The position numbers and the translations under genes are program-made. Of a DNA stretch of 64,000 bases, positions 31,675 to 39,732 are shown piece after piece. The stretch spans positions 544,001-608,000 of the forward strand of contig CAWFKQ010000016.1 of the NCBI GenBank assembly GCA_963816395.1, written 5' to 3'. The notes below the pieces were generated by a model. It was not told where the DNA came from. It searched no databases and saw only the letters and a list, made by a program, of their open reading frames with translations. Every line of letters starts with the position of its first letter. The stretch's first letter is position 1. The DNA is from an uncultured delta proteobacterium (GTDB lineage Bacteria; Desulfobacterota; Desulfuromonadia; Desulfuromonadales; JACZKF01).

Positions 31675-31722
31675 TTGACACCCTAAAGAAGTATTGTGGT
31701 ACTATTTTTCTGTTTTGTGAAA
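31675..31722 (+). promoter_or_regulatory. Putative bamQR promoter and operator-like site
   Basis: TTGACA at 31675, TGnTACTAT (19-bp spacer), TTTCTGTTTTGTGAAA at 31707. Confidence 0.45.
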
Positions 31723-31757
31723 CGTCCAAGGGACCCTGGAAAAAAAGGAGGAAACAG

Positions 31758-32828
31758 ATGAGCAAGGCATCATATCGCTGGCTGATGAAGGCTGTGAATG
31801 AACCGATGGTGAAGGCCGATTTCGATCCCATGCCGCCCGCGGCCGGAGAAGTAGTTGTCGAAGTGGCCGGTTGCGGGGTTTGCCATACGGATCTTGGCTT
31901 TTTCTACGACGGCGTGCGCGTCAATCATGAGCTTCCCCTGGCGCTTGGCCATGAGATCAGCGGCCGGGTGATGGCCGCCGGAGCGGGGGCCGAGCAGTGG
32001 CAGGGCAAGGCCGTCATCATCCCGGCGGTCATCCCGTGCGGTACCTGCGAGCTGTGCACCTCCGGGCACGGCACCATCTGCCGCAGCCAGAGGATGCCGG
32101 GCAACGATATTCAGGGCGGCTTCGCCACCCACATTCGCGTCCCGTCCCAGGGGCTGTGTCCGGTGGACGAAAAGCGTCTGGCTGCCGCGGGGCTGCAGCT
32201 CGCCGATGTTTCGGTGGTGGCGGATGCCGTGACGACCCCCTATCAGGCGGTGACCCAGGCCGAGGTACGGCCCGGGGACCTTGCCATCGTCGTGGGCGTC
32301 GGCGGCGTCGGCGGCTATGCGGTACAGATCGCCCGCGCCTTCGGGGCGACGGTGGTGGCTCTCGATGTGGATCAGGCGAAGCTCGACACCATGGCCGAGT
32401 ACGGCGCCGCGCTGACCATCAATGTCCGCGAGGTCTCGGGCAAAGACCTGAAGAAGACGATCCAGAACTTCGTCAAGGAGAAGGGTCTTCCGACCACCCA
32501 GTGGAAAATTTTCGAGTGTTCCGGCAGCGCGCCCGGGCAGGAAACGGCCTACGGCCTGCTCACTTTCGGCGCGACTCTTTCCGTGGTGGGATTCACCATG
32601 GCCAAAATGGAACTGCGCCTGTCGAATCTGATGGCCTTCCATGCCCGCGCGCTGGGCAACTGGGGATGTCTGACCGAACTCTATCCTGCCGCGCTCGACC
32701 TGGTGCTCGACGGCAAGATCGCCCTCGCTCCCTTCATCGAGCGTCATCCGCTGGCCGAGATCAATGAGGTTTTTGCCGCCGCCCATGCCCATAAGTTGAC
32801 GCGGCGGGCCATCCTGGTCCCCGGTTAA
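31758..32828 (+). CDS. bamQ: 6-hydroxycyclohex-1-ene-1-carbonyl-CoA dehydrogenase (Had)
   Basis: Zn-ADH motifs GCGVCHTD and [29 protein letters not shown]. Confidence 0.93.
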   Translation: MSKASYRWLMKAVNEPMVKADFDPMPPAAGEVVVEVAGCGVCHTDLGFFYDGVRVNHELPLALGHEISGRVMAAGAGAEQWQGKAVIIPAVIPCGTCELCTSGHGTICRSQRMPGNDIQGGFATHIRVPSQGLCPVDEKRLAAAGLQLADVSVVADAVTTPYQAVTQAEVRPGDLAIVVGVGGVGGYAVQIARAFGATVVALDVDQAKLDTMAEYGAALTINVREVSGKDLKKTIQNFVKEKGLPTTQWKIFECSGSAPGQETAYGLLTFGATLSVVGFTMAKMELRLSNLMAFHARALGNWGCLTELYPAALDLVLDGKIALAPFIERHPLAEINEVFAAAHAHKLTRRAILVPG

Positions 32829-32830
32829 GA

Positions 32831-32950
32831 GGCTGATGAAAAACGCCCATCTGCGGCGTTGCCCTCATCCCTCGTCAACGACGTACCTTTCAGGTACGCC
32901 TTTTTCCTCAGGATTTCGGGCGCCTTGCATCTGGGCATTTTTGCTCAGCC
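32831..32950. repeat. 120-bp MITE/REP-like palindromic element
   Basis: Imperfect terminal inverted repeats GGCTGATGAAAAACGCCCA...TGGGCATTTTTGCTCAGCC with internal GTACCT/AGGTAC hairpin. Confidence 0.7.
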
Positions 32951-32989
32951 CTGGAACTGAATTTTTGACTGAAAGGAGATGGAAGAGCA

Positions 32990-33760
32990 ATGAGCGATAG
33001 CCCACTCAACGTCTGGTTGGAACAGGATGGCAAGCTGCTGCGCCTGCGCCTGGCGCGTCCCAAGGCCAACATCGTCGATGCCGCCATGATCGCCGCTCTG
33101 CAGGCGGCCCTCAAGGAGAATCTGACAAAGCCGTCCCTGCGGGCGGTGCTGCTGGATGCGGAAGGTCCGCACTTCAGCTTCGGCGCCAGCGTGGAGGAGC
33201 ACCTGCCCGACTCCTGTGCCCAGATGCTCCGGCAGTTGCATGCCCTGATTCTGCAAATCCTGGAAAGTCCGGTCCCGGTCCTGGTGGCGGTGCGCGGCCA
33301 GTGCCTGGGCGGGGGACTGGAGGTCGCGGCAGCCGGCCACCTGATCTTCGCCGCCCCCGGGGCGATGCTGGGCCAGCCTGAAATCAAGCTGGCCGTCATT
33401 GCCCCGGCAGCTTCCTGCCTGTTGCCGGAACGCATCGGCAGGGCGCGCGCCGAAGACCTGCTCTTCTCGGGCCGCAGCATCGGCGCCGAAGAGGCGCAGC
33501 GGATCGGTCTGGTCAATTTTCTGGCCGAAGATCCCGAACAGGCGGCCGTCGCCTATTTCCAGGAGCATCTCGCCACCCTGAGCGCCAGCTCCCTTCGCCT
33601 CGCCGTCCGGGCGGCCGGCCTGGGTGCCGTGGAACGAATCCGGGAAAAGATCGCCGCCGTTGAGAAACTCTACCTGGAGGATTTGATGTCCACCCAGGAT
33701 GCCGTGGAAGGGCTGACGGCTTTTCTGGCCAAGCGGCCCCCCCAGTGGCAGGATCGCTGA
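32990..33760 (+). CDS. bamR: Cyclohexa-1,5-diene-1-carbonyl-CoA hydratase (Dch)
   Basis: RPKANIVD, GPHFSFGASVEEH, CLGGGLE, GQPEI; adjacent to bamQ. Confidence 0.92.
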   Translation: MSDSPLNVWLEQDGKLLRLRLARPKANIVDAAMIAALQAALKENLTKPSLRAVLLDAEGPHFSFGASVEEHLPDSCAQMLRQLHALILQILESPVPVLVAVRGQCLGGGLEVAAAGHLIFAAPGAMLGQPEIKLAVIAPAASCLLPERIGRARAEDLLFSGRSIGAEEAQRIGLVNFLAEDPEQAAVAYFQEHLATLSASSLRLAVRAAGLGAVERIREKIAAVEKLYLEDLMSTQDAVEGLTAFLAKRPPQWQDR

Positions 33761-33830
33761 AGCCGCTGAATGCACCGGCGGAGCAGGAAGACCCTCTCCG
33801 CCAACCCCCACCCCCAAACCTGCCCCATGC

Positions 33831-33880
33831 AGATTTTAATGGCCTCGTCGGGATTTCCCGGCGGGGCCATTAAAAAATCT
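33831..33880. terminator. Intrinsic terminator-like hairpin
   Basis: TTTTAATGGCCTCGTCGGGA-TT-TCCCGGCGGGGCCATTAAAA. Confidence 0.7.
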
Positions 33881-34082
33881 GAAAAAATTACAAACTTCGT
33901 TTGCTCGTTCGCATGACGAAAATCTATTTTTAATCCGGAAGCTTTTGGCGTGGCCGATTTCGGCAGGTCGGAATTTTTCTCGAAGTCTGCCAAGCCAGGG
34001 GATTTAAAGGGAATTCAGGTCGTTTGCGACCAGCGAAGACTCCTCTGGCAGCAGAACTGCGGGCGGGAAAATTCTTTTTCGC

Positions 34083-34156
34083 TTTCGCACTGCGAAAATA
34101 AATTTCAATAACAATGTTATATTTTATTGACAGTTCGGTCCCCTTCTGTTTAGATA
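34083..34156 (+). promoter_or_regulatory. Palindromic operators and sigma70-like promoter upstream of the IclR gene
   Basis: TTTCGCA-C-TGCGAAA (34083), ATAACA-A-TGTTAT (34108), TTGACA (34127) then TAGATA 18 bp later. Confidence 0.6.
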
Positions 34157-34267
34157 ACCATCAGGAAACAAAAGCGGATGTTCTCCGCAAAGAGAAAATT
34201 GGTATTAAGGTACCCTTTCCCTCCTTTCCCCTGATCCTGCTGCCCGAAGGGGAGGGTGGAGATCCCG

Positions 34268-35119
34268 ATGAGAGATGCAAAAGACTCCCTCGAGAGTCCA
34301 AGATATAACCAGGGCAACCTGCAGCTGGAAACCTGGTCCGATGACCACAGCCGCAAGGAGCGTCAGTTTGTCACCGCCCTGGCCCGGGGACTCGAGATAT
34401 TACGCTGCTTCGAGCCCGGTGACCGGCTGCTGGGCAACCAGGACATTGCCCGCCGCACCGGGCTGCCGCGGCCAACCATTTCCCGCCTCACGTATACCCT
34501 GACCCGGATGGGGTACCTCAACTACTCGGAGATGCTCGGCAAATACCAGCTCGGTACGGCAGTCCTGCCCCTGGGGTATTCCCTTCTCAGCAACATGGAC
34601 CTTCTGAAGACCGCCACACCGCTCATGCAGGAGCTTGCGGATTACTCCCATATGGCGGTTTCGGTAGGTACCCGCGACCGTCTGGGCATGGTCTTTCTGA
34701 AGGGCTGCCACAGCACCAACGCTACCGCCTCCCTGCCGAAGGAGGCCGGAATTCGCATTCCCATCGCCACCACGGCCATGGGCAGAGCCCTTCTTTGTGG
34801 TCTGCCCGAGAGGGAACGGGACTACCTGATGGATCATATCCGCAGGGAAAACGAGGCGGAATGGCCCCGGTACAAGGCGGGAATCGAACAGGCACTGAGG
34901 GATTATCAGGAGCGGGGGTTCTGCCTCTCGATGGGGGACTGGCGCAAGGACGTGAATGCCGTCGCGGTACCCATGCTGCCGGTGAGCGGCTCCAGACTCC
35001 TCACCTTCAACTGCGCCGCCCCCTCGTTTCTTCTGCGCCGGCATATGCTTGAGGACGATCTGGGGCCTCGCCTGGTGCATCTGGTGCGGACCCTCGAGAC
35101 GGAAGCTGCCCGCCATTGA
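34268..35119 (+). CDS. IclR-family transcriptional regulator
   Basis: FVTALARGLEIL, TGLPRPTISRLTYTL, TAMGRA. Confidence 0.93.
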   Translation: MRDAKDSLESPRYNQGNLQLETWSDDHSRKERQFVTALARGLEILRCFEPGDRLLGNQDIARRTGLPRPTISRLTYTLTRMGYLNYSEMLGKYQLGTAVLPLGYSLLSNMDLLKTATPLMQELADYSHMAVSVGTRDRLGMVFLKGCHSTNATASLPKEAGIRIPIATTAMGRALLCGLPERERDYLMDHIRRENEAEWPRYKAGIEQALRDYQERGFCLSMGDWRKDVNAVAVPMLPVSGSRLLTFNCAAPSFLLRRHMLEDDLGPRLVHLVRTLETEAARH

Positions 35120-35264
35120 AGTTTCTTGAGCCCACGGGAATGCGGGAAGTCCTGAAAAAAGGGCAAGGAAGCAAGACAGATGTTATGATCCGCCCTGTCG
35201 GCTGCCCCTGTTAGCCGATCCGGCACGCCATCCCCGTTCTCTGAACTGCAAGGAGGAGAGTGAT

Positions 35265-35765
35265 ATGCGGAATAAGACCTTCAACGTCATCGATAAAACA
35301 TTCGGTTTCTTCGAGGACTGGTCGCTTTTTCTCACGGTTTTCTTCGCCCTGTGCGTAGCGGTCGTCAACATAGCCCTGCGCAAGACCACCACGGTCAACC
35401 TGTACTGGTCGGACGAGGTGGTGCGGAAGGTGATCTTCTTCTCCACCTATATCGGCGTCAGCGCCGCCATCCGCAACCGGAGCCTGATTCGCATCGACGC
35501 CCTGCCGCAGCTTTTCCCCAAGCTGAAAAAGCCCCTCACGGTCATAAACCACCTTTCGATGATCGGTTTCGGGGCGATGATGGTCTGGCTTGGGCTGCAG
35601 ATGACCCATCAAGTCTATCTGGACCAGTTTGCCAAGACGACGACTCTACAGATTCCCGAATGGTATTTCTATGCGGTTCTGCCGCTCCTTGGGGTGATGA
35701 GCTTCTTCCGCTCGATTATGGTCATGGTCGAAGACTGGCGGGGGATGAGCGGCGACGGTTCGTGA
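35265..35765 (+). CDS. dctQ: TRAP small permease
   Basis: WSDEVVR, IRID, 4 TM helices. Confidence 0.88.
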   Translation: MRNKTFNVIDKTFGFFEDWSLFLTVFFALCVAVVNIALRKTTTVNLYWSDEVVRKVIFFSTYIGVSAAIRNRSLIRIDALPQLFPKLKKPLTVINHLSMIGFGAMMVWLGLQMTHQVYLDQFAKTTTLQIPEWYFYAVLPLLGVMSFFRSIMVMVEDWRGMSGDGS

Positions 35766-35826
35766 TCCTCTCGGCCGGCGGCAGGGGAGCGGTAACGACA
35801 ACAGGACAAACGGGAGCGAGTAGCTA

Positions 35827-37119
35827 ATGGATTATGCATATCTGATATTTCTCATGCTCTTGGGCATGCTTTTTTCCTCCATACCGGTCTTCCTGTGTCT
35901 GCTGCTCGCCGGCATGCTCGGGCTGGTTTTCGCCGCCGGCATCGATCCGCAGATCGTCATCGAGGTCATGTACCGGAGCATGGACAAGTTCGCCCTGGTC
36001 GTGATCCTGTTCTTCATTCTCACCGGCAACATCATGACCACCGGCAGCATCGTCCAGAAACTGGTCAAGACCGCCAATATCCTGGTCGGCTGGCTGCCGG
36101 GCGGGTTGGCGATGGCCGGCATCGTGGCCTGCGGCCTGTTCGGCGCCATCTCCGGTTCCACGGTCGCCACAGTGGTCGCCATCGGCGGCTTCATGATCCC
36201 CGCCCTGATCAAAGAGGGGTACGATGAAGAATTCAGTATCGGGGTCATGACCAGCGCCCCGATTCTCGGGATCATCATCCCTCCCTCCATCAGCATGATC
36301 CTGTACGCCATGGTCTCCAACGATTCCATAGAGGCCCTGTTTCTTACCGGTTTCATCCCCGGGATCCTGATCATTGTCGCCATGTCCGTCTATGCCTACT
36401 TCTTCTGCCGTGGGCGGCAAATGGAGGTCAGGCCGCGCCCGAGCCTGCGAGAGATCGCAGCGGTCATGAAAGAGAGCATCTGGGCGCTGCTGCTGCCGGT
36501 GCTGATCTTCGGCGGCATCTACTCGGGAGTCTTCACCGCCAATGAGGCGGCGGTGGTCTCCTGCTTCTATGCCTTTCTCGTCGAGATCGTCATTCACCGG
36601 GACATGAAGATCCGCGACGTCAAAAAGGTGGTGGTGGCCTCGGCCGTGACCTCAGCCACCCTGCTGGTGATCGTGGCCGGTGCCTCGGTGTTCGGCGAAT
36701 ATCTCACCTTCGCGCAGGTCCCCACAAGGCTCGCCGATGCCGTCGTCTCGACCATCAACAACAAGTATCTGTTCCTGCTGGCGGTAAACATTTTTCTGCT
36801 GTTCGTCGGCATGTTCATGGACATCATTTCGGCGACTCTGCTCCTGACCCCCATCTTTCTGCCGCTGCTGCACAAATTCGGCATCGACACCATGCATTTC
36901 GGGCTGCTGATGACGATCAACCTCGGCATCGGCTACTGTACCCCGCCGCTGGGGGTCAGCCTCTATATCTCGGGATCGCTGACCGACCGGAATCTGATCT
37001 ACGTATCCAAGACGGTGCTGCCGTTCCTGGCGATCCAGATCCTGCTGCTCGGTCTTTTCACCTACTGGCCCGATCTGGTCCTGCTGCTTCCCAAGCTGAT
37101 TTACCACTACAAAGGTTAG
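35827..37119 (+). CDS. dctM: TRAP large permease
   Basis: GAISGS, LGIIIPPS, TANEAA, TPPLG. Confidence 0.92.
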   Translation: MDYAYLIFLMLLGMLFSSIPVFLCLLLAGMLGLVFAAGIDPQIVIEVMYRSMDKFALVVILFFILTGNIMTTGSIVQKLVKTANILVGWLPGGLAMAGIVACGLFGAISGSTVATVVAIGGFMIPALIKEGYDEEFSIGVMTSAPILGIIIPPSISMILYAMVSNDSIEALFLTGFIPGILIIVAMSVYAYFFCRGRQMEVRPRPSLREIAAVMKESIWALLLPVLIFGGIYSGVFTANEAAVVSCFYAFLVEIVIHRDMKIRDVKKVVVASAVTSATLLVIVAGASVFGEYLTFAQVPTRLADAVVSTINNKYLFLLAVNIFLLFVGMFMDIISATLLLTPIFLPLLHKFGIDTMHFGLLMTINLGIGYCTPPLGVSLYISGSLTDRNLIYVSKTVLPFLAIQILLLGLFTYWPDLVLLLPKLIYHYKG

Positions 37120-37143
37120 AATCCTGGAACAGGAGAAAAAATC

Positions 37144-37572
37144 ATGACCGGAATGAAAATACTGGTTCCCGTTGACCATTCCAAGAATTCGCTCAAGACG
37201 ATCAACAAACTGCTTGCCATGCAGGGCAAATTCTCTTCCCCGCTGACCCTCCTGCACGTGTTCGACCCCGACGCGATCTCCTACAAGGGAGTTTCGGTCA
37301 TCAATTTCCAGGCGGTCAGGGAACAGGGGCTGAAGGCTGCCGAAGAGTTTCTTGAGGAACAAAAAGCCGTGTTCGCCAAGGCGGGTATGGCAACGGACAC
37401 TTTGCTGAAGGAGGGGCCGGCGCGCAAGATTATCTGCGATCTCGCCAACAGCGGTGATTATGACCTGCTGGTCATCGGCCGGCATGCCGAGGGGGAATTC
37501 CGCAACCTGCTGTTCGGATATGTCTCCAATTATGTGATCCACAAGGCCAAATGCCCGGTAATCGTGCTCTAG
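37144..37572 (+). CDS. Universal stress protein (paralog of 17923..18351)
   Basis: ILVPVD, DLLVIG, FGYVSNYVIH. Confidence 0.9.
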   Translation: MTGMKILVPVDHSKNSLKTINKLLAMQGKFSSPLTLLHVFDPDAISYKGVSVINFQAVREQGLKAAEEFLEEQKAVFAKAGMATDTLLKEGPARKIICDLANSGDYDLLVIGRHAEGEFRNLLFGYVSNYVIHKAKCPVIVL

Positions 37573-37656
37573 GGCCTGAGATAAAACCGGATAACTGCGG
37601 ATGGATAGTAAGGTTGGACCATCAAAGGAAAGGGAAATTTTTGAGTGAGGGCGTGC

Positions 37657-38460
37657 ATGTCTGAAACGGTTTTTGTCGGCCTCGACCTGGGGGCTTCGCG
37701 AACCAAGGTCGCCGTCATCGACCCCGCCGGAAGGCTGGTCGGCCACGCGGTCAGGAAATCGGGAACCGATTTTGCGGCCACCGCCGCGGCCTGCCTGGAC
37801 ACCGCGCTGGCGATGGCCGGGGCGGCCCGCGAGGCCATCGCGCACGCCGTCTCCACCGGCTACGGGCGGGCCAATGTCCCGTTCGTCACCGAGGAGAGCA
37901 AGACGGAAATCGGCTGCCTGGCCAAGGGCTGTCACCACTATTTCCCCGAGGCGATCACCATTATCGATATCGGCGGCCAGGACAACAAGATCATCAAGGT
38001 CGACCCGGCCGGGCGCCGCACCAGCTTCAAGATGAACCGCAAGTGCGCGGCCGGAACCGGCGCCTTTCTCGAGGAGATGTCGGCCCGCTTCGATATCGCC
38101 TTGGAAGAGATGGACGATCTGGCGCGCCAGTCCGAAACCATGGTCAAGCTCGGCAGTTACTGCACGGTCTTTTCCGCCACCGAGGTCCTGGAAAATATCC
38201 GCCACGGCAGAACGGTCAGCGAAATCGTCAAGGGGATCTTCTACTCGGTGATCAAAAGGGTGCTGGAGATGGATTCTTTGAGCGAAACGGTGGTCATGAC
38301 CGGCGGGGTAGTGGCGAACAATCCCTACATCGTCGAAATGGCCGAGGAGATGATCGGCCGGCCGGTCAGGCTCCCCGAGTTTCCGCAACTGGCCGGAGCC
38401 ATCGGCGCCGCCCTCTACGCCCTGGAGGAAAAGAGCCAGAACGTCGCAACGAACAGGTGA
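37657..38460 (+). CDS. ASKHA ATPase electron-transfer activator (HgdC/FldI/BzdQ family)
   Basis: GLDLGA, STGYGR, IDIGGQDNK, KCAAGTGAFLE, CTVF. Confidence 0.92.
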   Translation: MSETVFVGLDLGASRTKVAVIDPAGRLVGHAVRKSGTDFAATAAACLDTALAMAGAAREAIAHAVSTGYGRANVPFVTEESKTEIGCLAKGCHHYFPEAITIIDIGGQDNKIIKVDPAGRRTSFKMNRKCAAGTGAFLEEMSARFDIALEEMDDLARQSETMVKLGSYCTVFSATEVLENIRHGRTVSEIVKGIFYSVIKRVLEMDSLSETVVMTGGVVANNPYIVEMAEEMIGRPVRLPEFPQLAGAIGAALYALEEKSQNVATNR

Positions 38461-38483
38461 TTTATATCAGCAAGGAGATAGTC

Positions 38484-39731
38484 ATGGCCGAAGAGAAAAA
38501 AAAGGTGAGAAAGAAGATACTGGCCACCGACCAGATGAATAAGATCATGGCCGAATATTTCTACGGCCTGAACGAGGCGGCGACCACCGGCCGGCAGAAG
38601 GTCGCCTGGTGCACCAGCGTCGGCCCGGCGGAGCTGCTCAGGGCGATGGGTTTCGCCGTTCATTTTCCGGAAAACCATGCCGCCATGCTCGGCGCCACCC
38701 GCATGTCCACCGACCTGATTCCGGAAGCGAACGCCATCGGCTATTCACCGGATATCTGCTCTTACCTGACCGCCGACATCGGCTCCTTCCTGAAAGGGAA
38801 CACTCCCCTGGCCAAAGCCTATCCGGGTATCGACGCGGTGCCCCGGCCCGACGTGCTGGTCTACAACACCAACCAGTGCCGCGACGTGCAGGACTGGTTC
38901 GCCTGGTACGCCAAGGAGCTGGGCGTACCCGCCATCGGCGTCACCTCCCCCAAGAACATCAATGAGGTGACCGATTCCCACATCGATGATGTGACCCGGC
39001 AGATCGAGGCCCTGGTGCCGACCCTGGAGCAGATCGCCGGGGTCCGCCTCGACCCGGACCGGCTGCGGGAGACGGTTTCTCTCTCCCGGGAATGCACCGA
39101 GTTGTGGAAGCGGGTCCTGGAGACGGCGATGGCCGTCCCGGCGCCGCTGACCTTCTTCGACGGCACCATCCACATGGGACCGGCCGTCGTCCTGCGGGGG
39201 ACCCGGGAGGCCATCGACTATTATCAGGTCCTGCTCGCCGAGCTCGAGCAGCGGATCGCCGACGGGGTAGGGGCGGTGGAGGAGGAGAGCTTCCGCATCT
39301 ACTGGGACGGGATGCCCGTGTGGGGGCGGCTCCGGCAACATTCCGAGCTGTTCTCCGATCTCAAGGCCAACGTGCTGGCCTCCACCTACTGCAGCAGCTG
39401 GATCTTCCCCGCCTTCGACGGCAAGGATCCCTTCCGCAGCATGGCCAAGGCCTACCTGGAGCTCTTCATCGTCCGCTCCGACCAGTACAAGGAGAACTAC
39501 ATCAAGACGATGCTGGAGAAGTTCCGTATCGACGGCGTCATCTATCATGACGCCAAGACCTGTCCCTACAACTCGAACAGCCGCTATGGCCTGCCCCAGC
39601 GGCTGGAGGCCGCAACCGGCATCCCCGCCCTGGTCATCTCCGGCGATCTCAACGACCTGCGCTGCATCTCCGACGAGCAGACCAAGACCAACGTAGAGGC
39701 CTTCATCGAACAGCTTGAGGAGGGAAGATAA
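38484..39731 (+). CDS. 2-hydroxyacyl-CoA dehydratase / class I BCR-type [4Fe-4S] subunit
   Basis: PENH, GYSPDICSY, PRPD..NQC, IDGVIYH..KTC, GDLND; AAGGAG RBS. Confidence 0.88.
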   Translation: MAEEKKKVRKKILATDQMNKIMAEYFYGLNEAATTGRQKVAWCTSVGPAELLRAMGFAVHFPENHAAMLGATRMSTDLIPEANAIGYSPDICSYLTADIGSFLKGNTPLAKAYPGIDAVPRPDVLVYNTNQCRDVQDWFAWYAKELGVPAIGVTSPKNINEVTDSHIDDVTRQIEALVPTLEQIAGVRLDPDRLRETVSLSRECTELWKRVLETAMAVPAPLTFFDGTIHMGPAVVLRGTREAIDYYQVLLAELEQRIADGVGAVEEESFRIYWDGMPVWGRLRQHSELFSDLKANVLASTYCSSWIFPAFDGKDPFRSMAKAYLELFIVRSDQYKENYIKTMLEKFRIDGVIYHDAKTCPYNSNSRYGLPQRLEAATGIPALVISGDLNDLRCISDEQTKTNVEAFIEQLEEGR

Positions 39732-39732
39732 G

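Noticed and set aside
38043..38483. N-terminal extension of the 562-aa ORF
   Set aside because: Overlaps the activator gene; AAGGAG precedes ATG 38484
37657..39731. Complete class I (ATP-dependent) benzoyl-CoA reductase
   Set aside because: Only two of the four expected subunit types are present and the context fits a dehydratase better
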